DNA of 64,000 nucleotides from Dehalococcoidales bacterium (lineage in GTDB: Bacteria > Chloroflexota > Dehalococcoidia > Dehalococcoidales > W693), in the NCBI GenBank assembly GCA_034431095.1, contig DAOUDM010000019.1:13653-77652 (forward strand). Reading direction: 5' to 3'. The first letter of the stretch is position 1. Each line of letters opens with the position of its first letter. Both the position numbers and the translations under genes were made by a program. This document shows, one piece after another, positions 49,244 through 58,194 of this stretch. The notes beneath the pieces were generated by a model. That model was not told the DNA's origin and did no database searches. It saw only the letters and a list, made by a program, of their open reading frames with translations.

Positions 49244-50437
49244 ATGACGATGGATAAACTGGCCAAGCTGGATAAACACGCCAGCCCGATATCGTACCGG
49301 GTGAGGCAGGTATCGCCCTCCGGCATACGCAAGTTCTTCGACCTGCTGGCTTCTATGGAGGGTGTAATCTCGCTCGGCGTCGGCGAGCCGGACTACACCA
49401 CCCCGTGGCACATAAGAGAGGCGGCTATCTACTCCGTAGAGAAGGGCTTTACCATGTATACCTCCAACCTGGGTATGCCGGAACTGCGGCAGGGGCTGGC
49501 TAGTTATCTCAATGACAGCTATGGATTGGATTACGACCCGGAAAGCGAACTGCTGGTTACCGTCGGTGTCAGCGAAGCACTGGACCTGGCTATGAGGGCC
49601 GTAATCGACCCCGGCGACGAGGTCATCATGCCCGACCCGTGCTATGTATCGTATAACGCCTGTGCCATCCTCGCCGGCGGCACACCGGTTATGGTGCCCA
49701 CCAGCGAGGAAAACGGTTTTGAAATTGATGCCGCCGGTATCGAAGCCAGGATTACGGATAAGACCAAGGCTATCTTGCTGGGCTATCCGGCAAACCCCAC
49801 CGGCGCCGTTATGCCCAGAGACAAGCTGGTACAGATAGCCGTGGTAGCCCGTAAGAACAACCTGATTGTAATCTCGGATGAAATCTACGCCCGCCTGGTC
49901 TACGGCGTGGAGCATACCTGCTTGGCGGCTCTGCCCGGCATGAGAGATAAGACGATACTGCTGGGCGGTTTCTCCAAGTCCTACGCCATGACCGGCTGGC
50001 GCATCGGCTATGCGGCGGCTAGCCGGGATATAATCGCCGCCATGACCAAGATTCACCAGTACACCATAATGAGCGCCCCGACGATGGGGCAGGTAGCCGC
50101 CATTGAGGCGCTGGAATCGGGTGATGACAGCGTCGCCGAAATGGTCGAGGACTACAACCGACGGCGGCTGGTTATGGTCAAGGGGCTGCGCGACATCGGC
50201 TTATCCTGCTTCGAGCCGAAGGGAGCCTTCTACGCCTTCCCTTCGATAAAGAGCACCGGTATGGCCTCGGAGGATTTTGCCGAGAAGCTGCTGGTGGAGG
50301 AGAAGGTAGCCGTCGTCCCCGGTAGTGCCTTCGGCAGTTGCGGCGAGGGGTATGTCCGCTGCTGCTATGCCACCTCGCTGGACGATATTGAGGAAGCGCT
50401 GGAGAGAATAAGGCGTTTCGTCAATAAGTATAAGTAA
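49244..50437 (+). CDS. class I/II PLP-dependent aminotransferase (aspartate/aromatic aminotransferase-like)
   Basis: 397-aa ORF with NPTG and the SFSKSYAMTGWRIGY (PLP lysine) motif. Confidence 0.9.
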   Translation: MTMDKLAKLDKHASPISYRVRQVSPSGIRKFFDLLASMEGVISLGVGEPDYTTPWHIREAAIYSVEKGFTMYTSNLGMPELRQGLASYLNDSYGLDYDPESELLVTVGVSEALDLAMRAVIDPGDEVIMPDPCYVSYNACAILAGGTPVMVPTSEENGFEIDAAGIEARITDKTKAILLGYPANPTGAVMPRDKLVQIAVVARKNNLIVISDEIYARLVYGVEHTCLAALPGMRDKTILLGGFSKSYAMTGWRIGYAAASRDIIAAMTKIHQYTIMSAPTMGQVAAIEALESGDDSVAEMVEDYNRRRLVMVKGLRDIGLSCFEPKGAFYAFPSIKSTGMASEDFAEKLLVEEKVAVVPGSAFGSCGEGYVRCCYATSLDDIEEALERIRRFVNKYK

Positions 50438-50454
50438 GGCTTAGTGTTTTAGTC

Positions 50455-50548
50455 TTAACAACCCTATCCCCTGTATCCCCTTCCCCTTACAAGGGGAAGG
50501 GGAATATTTTTATAAGAGGGGCTTCGCCCCTCTCGGACTCTCGATTTA
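50455..50548. repeat. intergenic hairpin-repeat cluster C5 (M2+M1 in inverted orientation)
   Basis: CAACCCTATCCCCTGTATCCCCTTCCCCTT-ACA-AGGGGAAGGGGAA is followed by GAGGGGC-TTC-GCCCCTC. This is the reverse-orientation counterpart of C1. Confidence 0.9.
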
Positions 50549-50571
50549 CTTATTGAGGCTTGTAAAAGGGA

Positions 50572-50600
50572 TTGACAAAACAGTAAATAAATGTTACACT
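50572..50600 (+). promoter_or_regulatory. sigma-70-like promoter of the AT-rich ORF
   Basis: TTGACA (50572-50577), N17, TACACT (50595-50600), with TGT immediately upstream. Confidence 0.55.
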
Positions 50601-50636
50601 AATAACAATCTTACTAATAATACTATGGAGGTAAAT

Positions 50637-51119
50637 ATGTCACCGGTTATACGCATTGATGACGAGGTAATGAAGGCTCTAAAGGAGAGAGCAGTAAAAT
50701 TAGGGTTAGTTTTTAGTACTCCAAATGAGGTACTAAGGGCCTTATTTGAGTTGGATAAGCGAAATAATATATGTAGTGATAAGTTCGTAGATATACAAAT
50801 AAAAAATATATATACTCCACAACGGTGGGCTCTCATCCCTATACCTAGAAGGAAAAGGCGGTTTTTCCCTGGTTTTAAGCTACCATTCTTATTAGAAACA
50901 GACTTAGGTGATATTAGAACGCATGTTACATCTGCTCTAAGAGGAACACGTATAGGTGACCCAGATGGTGGGGCATATATACAGACTAAACTTCGCAGGT
51001 GGTTTGACGAACATGAATCGCAACTGGTAGATGGAGTCACTCTTCGCTTCGAAGCTCTAGAACAGGGGAAACGATATAAGCTTTCCATAGTAGGCGGCGA
51101 GTCAAAGAAGGGTGTTTAA
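50637..51119 (+). CDS. AT-rich hypothetical protein (possible RHH-like N-terminus plus beta-barrel DNA-binding-like domain)
   Basis: ATG 50637 has a GGAGG SD 5 nt upstream. The protein begins MSPVIRIDDEVMKALKERAVKLG. The remainder (FFPGFKLPFLLETDLGDI, LRRWF, GVTLRFE) only loosely resembles B3/AbrB-type barrels. Confidence 0.5.
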   Translation: MSPVIRIDDEVMKALKERAVKLGLVFSTPNEVLRALFELDKRNNICSDKFVDIQIKNIYTPQRWALIPIPRRKRRFFPGFKLPFLLETDLGDIRTHVTSALRGTRIGDPDGGAYIQTKLRRWFDEHESQLVDGVTLRFEALEQGKRYKLSIVGGESKKGV

Positions 51120-51205
51120 GGGGGGGTCAACCCCCTCTTTCTATGTTTCCCCTTTTACGATATTATAACTGGTATCGTTTTCGGGGGTCAGGGGGATGGA
51201 TTCAA
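51120..51205. repeat. intergenic repeat cluster C6
   Basis: A GGGGG-TCAA-CCCCC hairpin sits directly after the stop codon. An ACGATA-N10-TATCGT hairpin follows, then the M2-variant tail CGGGGGTCAGGGGGATGGATT, as in C3. Confidence 0.7.
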
Positions 51206-51210
51206 AGAGG

Positions 51211-52188
51211 CTATATAAGCCTCATATTCTTCTTGACTTCTGCCATTGTCTCCCGGGCGATGACCCGTGCCCTCTCGGCGCCGTCAGCCAGCACCTCGGC
51301 TATGTATTTGGGATTTGCCGCCAGCTCGGCTCTTTTTTCTCTTATCGGCTTGAGGGCGGTATTAATTACCTCGGCCAGCAGCATCTTGCATTCGACACAG
51401 CCGATTTCGGCTTTTCGGCACTTCTCGGCGACGTCGCCTGCCCTGGTGGAGTTGAAGTATCCCATCAGCTTATGGACGTTGCACTTATCCGGGTGGCCCG
51501 GGTCGGAGCGGTAGCGTCGGGCGGGGTCGGTATAGGCTGTCTTTATCTTTTCTATCGTCTCCTTTGGAGATAGGGCTATCTCGATGTCGTTGCCGGCCTG
51601 TTTGCTCATCTTGTCCTTGCCGTCCAGCCCGATGACCAGCGGGTATCTGGTCAATTTAGCTTGGGGCTCAGGGAAGGTATCGCCGAAGAGGCTGTTGAAG
51701 CGGCGGGCAATCTCCCGGGTAAGCTCCAGGTGGGGCAACTGGTCCTCGCCGACGGGCACCACCGTGGCTTTATAGAGCACTATATCCGACGCCATCAGCA
51801 CCGGATAGCCGACCAGCCCGTAGTTCACGTTTTCCGGCTGAAGCTTCACCTTCTCCTTGAAGGTGGGCACCCGCATCAGCCAGCTCAGCGGGGTTATCAT
51901 GCTGAGCAGGGTATGTAGCTCCATCACCTCGGGGACGTGGGACTGGACAAAGAGAATGCACTTTCTGGGGTCGAGCCCGACTGCCAGCCAGTCGAGTATC
52001 ATCTCGTGGATGTTGCTCTGGAGCTGGCTGGTGTCTGTCATAGAGGTCAGGGCGTGAATGTCAACGGTGCAGTAGATGCAGTCGTATTCGTCCTGAAGCC
52101 TCGCCCAGTTCTGTAAAGCCCCCAGATAGTTGCCTATATGCTGACGGCCCGTGGGGCGGGCTCCGGAAAAGATGCGCCCTTTTTTCAT
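51211..52188 (-). CDS. trpS: tryptophan--tRNA ligase
   Basis: 325-aa ORF with a HIGH-type motif (GRQHIGNY) and a KMSKS-type motif (KMSKQ). Confidence 0.95.
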   Translation of the reverse strand: MKKGRIFSGARPTGRQHIGNYLGALQNWARLQDEYDCIYCTVDIHALTSMTDTSQLQSNIHEMILDWLAVGLDPRKCILFVQSHVPEVMELHTLLSMITPLSWLMRVPTFKEKVKLQPENVNYGLVGYPVLMASDIVLYKATVVPVGEDQLPHLELTREIARRFNSLFGDTFPEPQAKLTRYPLVIGLDGKDKMSKQAGNDIEIALSPKETIEKIKTAYTDPARRYRSDPGHPDKCNVHKLMGYFNSTRAGDVAEKCRKAEIGCVECKMLLAEVINTALKPIREKRAELAANPKYIAEVLADGAERARVIARETMAEVKKNMRLI

Positions 52189-52252
52189 AGTTATTCAGGT
52201 ATGAAGTTTAGCATAAACGGCGAGGCGATAACAAATTGATGCCGCTTAAGGC

Positions 52253-53104
52253 TCAGGATAGTGTTTCCAACCTGGCGACCACTTTATCTATGGTCTGCTC
52301 GTCGGTGGAAGCCCCCGAGGTTACACCGATGCAGCGCTGACCTTCCAGCCAGGAAGATTGAATCTCATCGGCGGTTTCCACCAGATATGTTTTGGTCAGC
52401 GTGGAGCACAGCTCGACCAGGTGGCGGCTGTTGGCGCTGGTGTGCCCGCCGACAACAATAACCAGGTCTGATTCTTTAGCCAGATTGAGAGCGGCGGCTT
52501 GGCGTTGCCTGATATCGTGGCAGATGGTATCGATAATACGTAGCTCGGTGTCCTTAAAGGACGGAGATTCGACCAGCCCCCTGACGAACTCGGCGAAGCA
52601 GGCTGGTATCTGGGTTGTCTGAGAGAGGACACCCAGACGGCGAGGCAATTTATTAAGTCGGGTTATTTCCCCGGCATCCAGCGTCGCTATTCCCTTGCCA
52701 TTAGCCCAACCGAGTATACCCCTGACCTCGGGGTGGTCGACATCACCGTAGACAATGGTGTAGAACCCACACTCGGTTAGCCTTTGGGCGGCGACCTGGG
52801 CTCGCTTGACGAAAGGGCAGGTGGTATCGACCACTTCTATATTACGCGACCTGATTTCCTCTATAACCTGCGGGCTTACCCCGTGGGAGCTGGTTACCAC
52901 CACATCGCCCTGTATATCGGGCACGGTTTTGACCACCTTCACCCCGATATCAGCCAGACGGCGCAACACCTGCTGGTTATGCACAACCGCTCCCAGAGTC
53001 TCTACCCCGCCGCGCTCGGTAGCGACCCGCTCTAGGATATCGATGGCTCGCCTGACACCCAGGCAGAAGCCTATGCCGGCCGCCTTTTTAATCTCTAGTG
53101 CCAT
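52253..53104 (-). CDS. ispH: 4-hydroxy-3-methylbut-2-enyl diphosphate reductase
   Basis: 283-aa ORF with GFCLGV, TTCPFV and HTSANS motifs. Confidence 0.9.
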   Translation of the reverse strand: MALEIKKAAGIGFCLGVRRAIDILERVATERGGVETLGAVVHNQQVLRRLADIGVKVVKTVPDIQGDVVVTSSHGVSPQVIEEIRSRNIEVVDTTCPFVKRAQVAAQRLTECGFYTIVYGDVDHPEVRGILGWANGKGIATLDAGEITRLNKLPRRLGVLSQTTQIPACFAEFVRGLVESPSFKDTELRIIDTICHDIRQRQAAALNLAKESDLVIVVGGHTSANSRHLVELCSTLTKTYLVETADEIQSSWLEGQRCIGVTSGASTDEQTIDKVVARLETLS

Positions 53105-53742
53105 TCCGTCTCCTTGCTGGCGTAGTAGCCTCCGCGGTATTTCGGTGGTACTAGCTCGGCGATACGCACCATAATAACATCAGTAAGTCGGGAAAGCCCG
53201 TCTTTAGTCAATTTACCACTAATCGGCGGCAGGGTAAAGGTTTTGCCGATGGTGACTGTTATCTCGGGGCGGTGCCATAACCAGGATAAGCCCTTTATCC
53301 TTTCCGTGCCGCTGATGCCTATCGGGATTAGCGGGGCGCCACTGCGCAAAGCTACCAGTGCCGCTCCCGGGAAGGCGAGCCCGAGCCGCCCGCTTTTACT
53401 CCTCATTCCCTCGGGGAAGATGACCAGGGCTTGCCCATCAGCCAGCACCTGCATTGCCCTGTGCAATGCCCTTCTATCCGGCTGTCCTTTGTTAACCGGG
53501 AAGGCGCCAAGACCGCCCGTAATGTAGCCGGTTATCCTGGAGCGGAATAGCTCTTCTTTAGCCATAAACGCCGCTCTCCGACCGAGAATAGAGTCGACAA
53601 GCGGCGGGTCAATTAAGCTAAGGTGGTTGGCGACGACTATGAGCGGCCCCTGTCTCGGGATGTTGTCCCTGCCCCTCACCCGACGGCGAGTGAACATCAG
53701 GAGCAGTATGGCTACTATCACCCGGCTGATGCGGTAAAGCAA
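53095..53742 (-). CDS. plsC: 1-acyl-sn-glycerol-3-phosphate acyltransferase
   Basis: 215-aa ORF with NHLSLIDP (HX4D) and FPEG motifs. It has a TTG start. Confidence 0.85.
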   Translation of the reverse strand: MLYRISRVIVAILLLMFTRRRVRGRDNIPRQGPLIVVANHLSLIDPPLVDSILGRRAAFMAKEELFRSRITGYITGGLGAFPVNKGQPDRRALHRAMQVLADGQALVIFPEGMRSKSGRLGLAFPGAALVALRSGAPLIPIGISGTERIKGLSWLWHRPEITVTIGKTFTLPPISGKLTKDGLSRLTDVIMVRIAELVPPKYRGGYYASKETEWH

Positions 53743-53879
53743 ATTACTACTAATCCTGCCAGATTGAGCTTGGCCTGGTAATTATAGCCTGTGGCTGGAT
53801 ACCAGACAAACCGCCCCGTTCCGGTGAGGATTTAGCTGTCGGCTGACAAGCGATATTTATCTACGGTTTCGCTCTCTTT

Positions 53880-53945
53880 TGGTTGAGGACTACCTCACCC
53901 CCTGTGTCCCCCTCTCCTAACAAGGGAAGGGGTAGGGGATAGGTT
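53880..53945. repeat. intergenic repeat cluster C7 (degenerate M2/M3)
   Basis: CACCCCCTGTGTCCCCCTCTCC-TAACA-AGGGAAGGGGTAGGGGATAGGTTG. The hairpin is imperfect and carries a G-tract tail. Confidence 0.7.
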
Positions 53946-53970
53946 GTTTACAACCAAGTTAGAACGTTAT

Positions 53971-54396
53971 CTATCTATTCGTCTTGTTAAGGCTCTTAAG
54001 TATGGAAAGTATAGTGAGGACGGCGAACTGTATCTCGATGGGCTCTTTTGCCAGTACCCGGGCGACATGGGGGCTCAGATTAGCATGGTCATAGCCTGGA
54101 TTTGCCTCGGCTATAGTATCGGGCTGTGGTGGAAGATAGCCAGCCAGGATGAATAACTCGTTCTCGTTAAAACTTAGGGGCTGGGCAATCTTTCTCAGGA
54201 TAGACGCTGAGGGGAAACGCTCATTCTTTTCTATGCGACCCAGATATGACGGGGATATCCCGGATATCTGGGCGAGCTCTTGTAGCGTCAGCGGTATCAA
54301 CACTCTATGCTGTCTGATAATCCTACCCAAGCCATCACTTTTATTGACGGATATCTCTGTTGTGGTTCCCTTTCTAACTATTACTGTGTTAGCCAA
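53971..54396 (-). CDS. XRE-family helix-turn-helix transcriptional regulator
   Basis: 141-aa ORF with the HTH LTLQELAQISGISPSYLGRIEKNERFPS. Confidence 0.8.
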   Translation of the reverse strand: MANTVIVRKGTTTEISVNKSDGLGRIIRQHRVLIPLTLQELAQISGISPSYLGRIEKNERFPSASILRKIAQPLSFNENELFILAGYLPPQPDTIAEANPGYDHANLSPHVARVLAKEPIEIQFAVLTILSILKSLNKTNR

Positions 54397-55073
54397 TGCT
54401 CAAACTCTTCACTGTTTTGTTGCGTTCCTCCATTGGCTTCGTCTTCTGTGATACCTGTTAGCTCCTGCTCGACTTCTATCTCAAAGCCCGGTTTTGCTTT
54501 GCCAGCTACTTCTTCCGGTTTCTGTTGATTCTGTTGCCCGCCTGCGGCTGACATAGCCTCGCCTTCGGCTACACCTTTCCGGGCGGCATTGCTGTTATCG
54601 CCGCTTCCAATACCGCTTTCCACCCCGGCCTTGACTCCGGTCAATGCCTGTTCAGCTTCCTTACCGGCTGTCTCCTGCAGTGTCTGGGTGAGCCGCTCGG
54701 CTTTTTTACTGAACTCGGCGACCGCATCGGCGACCGCCTCGGTCGAGGACTTCTCGATTCTCATCATAATGGCTTCGCCCAGCCTGCTGGCGATTTCTAC
54801 AGTCCTGGATTTCGCCTCCTCCCTGATTTTCAGGACAATCTGCCTGGTTTTTTGCTCGTATTCACGGAGAGCCTTCTCCAGTTCCTGCTCTGCCTCTCGC
54901 TTGGCTGCCTCGCAGGCTTTGATGATGACCTGTTCCGTCTCCCGGGCTACTATCTCGATTATATCGGCCGATTCGGCCTCGGACTTATTATCCTCGGTGG
55001 CTTTCACTTCCGTCTCCTGCCTGAATAAACCTCTCCTTTTATTCTTGTTTATTTTGGACTGGATTACAATCAC
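54381..55073 (-). CDS. Glu/Ala-rich coiled-coil hypothetical protein
   Basis: 230-aa ORF with a long heptad-like acidic helical region. It overlaps the XRE gene start by 16 nt. I recognise no family. Confidence 0.5.
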   Translation of the reverse strand: MIVIQSKINKNKRRGLFRQETEVKATEDNKSEAESADIIEIVARETEQVIIKACEAAKREAEQELEKALREYEQKTRQIVLKIREEAKSRTVEIASRLGEAIMMRIEKSSTEAVADAVAEFSKKAERLTQTLQETAGKEAEQALTGVKAGVESGIGSGDNSNAARKGVAEGEAMSAAGGQQNQQKPEEVAGKAKPGFEIEVEQELTGITEDEANGGTQQNSEEFEHWLTQ

Positions 55074-55205
55074 CCGATAGTAACTTATTGCTGGTAATAT
55101 AGTACCGGGTCTGGCACGGGGGAGAGGCTTTGCAGGAAAGACCTTGAAGGACTGTTCGGGAAGGGTGGCGATACAGCTCAGGTCATGATGATTATGATGG
55201 TCGAG

Positions 55206-56828
55206 CTACAGTTCAAGTGTTTGCCCCACAACGGGAAGGGTGACGCTTATACTGGTGCTACTTAGGGATGGGAGGTAGAGTTCGGGGTGTTCACTGTGGA
55301 TGGGGATGAGAATCTCCGGGTTTATCTCTTTTGCCAGCCGGATAAGGTCGCTACTGCAGGCGTGCCCCGAGGCGTGCAGTCCCCTTTCGGCATCAGGTAT
55401 CTGCCATCCACGGTCCGTCTCCAGGGGTAGCCCGAAGCCCTTGAAGCCGAAGTGTTTCAGCCACTGGTGCAGGCGGCGGAAGTCGATCTCCTGTTCCTCA
55501 TCGTGGGGCTCGCTGGAGCTGTAGACATAGAGGCTGTCCGGTCGGGGGCGGATGCTGGGCAGTTCGTTCAGGTCGAAAAAGCTGAAGCAGAGTATAAAAC
55601 GGTCCGGTGCCGATGCTACGTCGTCAGCGAGGACAATCTTGCTCTGGTATTCCTGGTATATATTACGTTGCCAGTAGTCGGGAGATTTGCTGGCGGTGGT
55701 TTTCTGGTAGATAACGATGCAGTCTTCCCGGGCGATATCGGGAATCTGCGGCTCCAGCAAGCGCACCGTCTTCAGCAGATAAGCATCCTTGGGCAGTATC
55801 GCCAGCTTCCGGCCTGTGTCCCTGGCTATTTGAAGGAAGGTGAGCAGGCGGTCGATATCTCTGGGCGAGAAATCGGCGATGACCAGGCCATCACAGCCGG
55901 CGATGGCTTTGAGGCCATTTTCGTATACCTCCTGCTCGCTGACATTCTTCTGGCTGAAACTGGACTCGTCGTGCAGATTGGTGCCTTCGAGTATAAGAGC
56001 TCTGGGCTTCAGTCTGGCGGCGTCTGCGATAAACCTTTCGGTCAGATGGGAGCGCTTGCCGTGGAGACGCAGGTCGCCGCTGTAGATAATCCAGCCGGAC
56101 TCACTCTCGATACCCCAGGCGCAGGCGCCGGGTATGGAATGGTCGACGGGGAAACAACGCAGTTTAAGGTTACAATCACTGTAAACAGACAGAGGAGCGC
56201 AGGCGAACTCTCCCTGTCTGGCTGTCCTCTCCCAGAAGCCGTCCTCCCAGAAGCGGGTCGCCTTCGGGCTGAGGTCTTGCGGGTCGATGTCAGCCGGGCA
56301 GAACTGCCGCTGTATCCTCTTCCTGCTGTCGCTGAGGCAAGCCATCTGCCGCCAGCCGGAAGGGCAGTCGTAGGAGACCGGATTAAAATAGCACACCTGC
56401 TGGTCGAAGCCCGCTCTACCGGAGTCCTGGTTTGCCTTGGCGATGAATGCGGTAACGGCGGTAGCCAGCACCGGGATACCCTCACTAAGGAAGGGGATAT
56501 AGCCGGAGTGGTCTAGATGAGCATGGGATAGCAGGACTGCGTCAACTCCATCGAGTTCCCGGTAGAGCGGGCTGGTGTGAAAGCGCTGCCATAGCCCTGG
56601 TATCGTCAGCTCCTCCCGGTAAAGCCCTTCCAGTGGCGGTAACAGCCCCATTGCCAGGGGGTCGAGCAGGCCGGCGCCGCCGCGCGGTCTCAGGTATTCC
56701 TCGTAGAACAGCTTGTTTCCCTTGAAGGGAAAGCCGAAGTCCAGAAACAGCCGCCGCCTCCCGTCCTCCATAAGGACCTTGTTGCCACCGATTTCATTAA
56801 TGCCGCCGTAGAACGTCAGCTTTGCCAT
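55206..56828 (-). CDS. MBL-fold / beta-CASP (RNase J-like) metallo-hydrolase
   Basis: The start MAKLTFYGG at ATG 56828 has a GAGGTGAGG SD. Motifs SHAHLDHSG, VDHS, SGD and HASGHA are present. The ORF-track extension to 57218 overlaps the upstream gene and is rejected. Confidence 0.8.
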   Translation of the reverse strand: MAKLTFYGGINEIGGNKVLMEDGRRRLFLDFGFPFKGNKLFYEEYLRPRGGAGLLDPLAMGLLPPLEGLYREELTIPGLWQRFHTSPLYRELDGVDAVLLSHAHLDHSGYIPFLSEGIPVLATAVTAFIAKANQDSGRAGFDQQVCYFNPVSYDCPSGWRQMACLSDSRKRIQRQFCPADIDPQDLSPKATRFWEDGFWERTARQGEFACAPLSVYSDCNLKLRCFPVDHSIPGACAWGIESESGWIIYSGDLRLHGKRSHLTERFIADAARLKPRALILEGTNLHDESSFSQKNVSEQEVYENGLKAIAGCDGLVIADFSPRDIDRLLTFLQIARDTGRKLAILPKDAYLLKTVRLLEPQIPDIAREDCIVIYQKTTASKSPDYWQRNIYQEYQSKIVLADDVASAPDRFILCFSFFDLNELPSIRPRPDSLYVYSSSEPHDEEQEIDFRRLHQWLKHFGFKGFGLPLETDRGWQIPDAERGLHASGHACSSDLIRLAKEINPEILIPIHSEHPELYLPSLSSTSISVTLPVVGQTLEL

Positions 56829-57274
56829 CGCCTCACCTCTCTGGCTGTCTTTTGCTGCTTCAATGTTTTTATAGACAGGATATGTATCGAAACGCCGACG
56901 GCTATTAGAACGAGTATGATTCTGACCGTTAAAGACTGAACCGCGAATACAACCGAAACCCCGATGGTTAACCAAAGCAATGCCACAGTCACTATCTTTA
57001 TCTTTAACGGCATCCCCCGTTTCTGCCTGTAGTTGTCTATATAAGCACCGAACCACCTGTTGCTCAACAGCCAGTGGTAGAACCTTTGAGAGCCTCTGGC
57101 GTAGCAGGTGGCCGCCAGTAAGAGGAATGGGGTGGCGGGCAATATGGGGATAAATATGCCGACAATGCCCAGGCCGAGAAAAATAGTGCCGGCTATAATA
57201 AACAGCGGCCTGAGCCATTTTCCGGCAAGCGTCTTTTTATGTGTCATTGAATAATCGGTATGTTCGACTCTCAT
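56816..57274 (-). CDS. DUF454 (YbaN-like) inner membrane protein
   Basis: Has G.P..P..PF.LLAA.C..R.S.RF..WL pattern and several TM helices. An alternative start is ATG 57247. Confidence 0.7.
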   Translation of the reverse strand: MRVEHTDYSMTHKKTLAGKWLRPLFIIAGTIFLGLGIVGIFIPILPATPFLLLAATCYARGSQRFYHWLLSNRWFGAYIDNYRQKRGMPLKIKIVTVALLWLTIGVSVVFAVQSLTVRIILVLIAVGVSIHILSIKTLKQQKTAREVRRWQS

Positions 57275-57307
57275 TTCTACGATAGCTAGTTCGGTTTACT
57301 GAACGCC

Positions 57308-58174
57308 CTATGTTTTTGGCTCAAGCTCAAGGCTGAAGTCCAGCGCCTTCGCCGAGTGGGTTATAGCGCCAACGGAGATGGTATCGACCCCGGCCAGAGC
57401 CACCGTGCGGACGTTATCCAGTGTTATGCCTCCCGAGGCTTCGGTCTTTACCTTCGCCGGCATTAACTCCATCACCCGTTTTATCTGGTCAGGGGGTATA
57501 TTGTCCAGCATAACTATATCGGCGCCGGCATTAGCGGCTTCTATCGCCTCGGCAGTGGTATCGACCTCTATTTCAATTTTTAAGCCCTCGGGGGCATTCT
57601 TTCTGGCCCTGGTTATTATGTCTGCCAGGCTCATACCCAGCGCCCGTAGTGCCGCTATATGATTGTCCTTGATAAGAATCCCGTCGCCGAGGTGGAGGCG
57701 GTGGTTCTGCCCGCCGCCGATGCGTACCGCATATTTGTCGAGCAGTCTCATACCCGGTGCCGTCTTGCGGGTATCGGTTATGATGGTGGCAAATCCCTTT
57801 ACCCGGGCGACGTATCTGGCTGTCTCGGAGGCGACGCCGCTCAGGCGGCTCAGGAAGTTGAGGGCGACCCGCTCCGCCCTGAGAATACCTGCCACGTTAC
57901 CGGCGATGGTGGCTACCCTGTCCCCCGCTTTTAGCCCTTCTCCATCCGGGATAAGTAGCTCTACCGCCAGCGATGGCTCAGCCCTGACAAACACCAGCCT
58001 GGCGATGTCACCGCCAGCCAGTATGCCTTCTTCTTTAGCCACTATGGCTGCCCTGCCGGCGAGGTCGGCTGGTATCAGTATCTGGCTGGTTATATCACCA
58101 CCGCCGGTATCCTCGGCCAGCGCCAGGTCTATGATTCTATCAACCTGCTCTTCGGATAGTTGAAGTTTATCCAT
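57308..58174 (-). CDS. nadC: nicotinate-nucleotide diphosphorylase (carboxylating)
   Basis: 288-aa ORF with the QPRTase pattern (AL.ED.G.GD.T, RKT.PG.R, IMLDN). Confidence 0.9.
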   Translation of the reverse strand: MDKLQLSEEQVDRIIDLALAEDTGGGDITSQILIPADLAGRAAIVAKEEGILAGGDIARLVFVRAEPSLAVELLIPDGEGLKAGDRVATIAGNVAGILRAERVALNFLSRLSGVASETARYVARVKGFATIITDTRKTAPGMRLLDKYAVRIGGGQNHRLHLGDGILIKDNHIAALRALGMSLADIITRARKNAPEGLKIEIEVDTTAEAIEAANAGADIVMLDNIPPDQIKRVMELMPAKVKTEASGGITLDNVRTVALAGVDTISVGAITHSAKALDFSLELEPKT

Positions 58175-58194
58175 CTACCTCACCCCTGTAACAT

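Noticed and set aside
48740-50056. 438-aa ORF antisense to the Lrp-family and aminotransferase genes
   Set aside because: It is a shadow ORF. The plus-strand genes carry clear HTH and PLP-lysine motifs and have proper SD sites.
52189-52252. T-box or other leader upstream of trpS
   Set aside because: Only 64 nt separate trpS from ispH, which leaves no room for a T-box (about 200 nt). No specifier or T-box motif was seen, so trpS is probably co-transcribed with plsC-ispH.
53944-54156. 70-aa plus-strand ORF starting at the TTG of repeat tail GGATAGGTTG
   Set aside because: It overlaps the 3' half of the XRE regulator gene on the other strand. The TTG is simply the repeat terminus.
55452-56516. 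354-aa plus-strand ORF opposite the RNase J-like gene
   Set aside because: It is a shadow ORF with no motifs. The minus-strand protein has the complete MBL/beta-CASP motif set.
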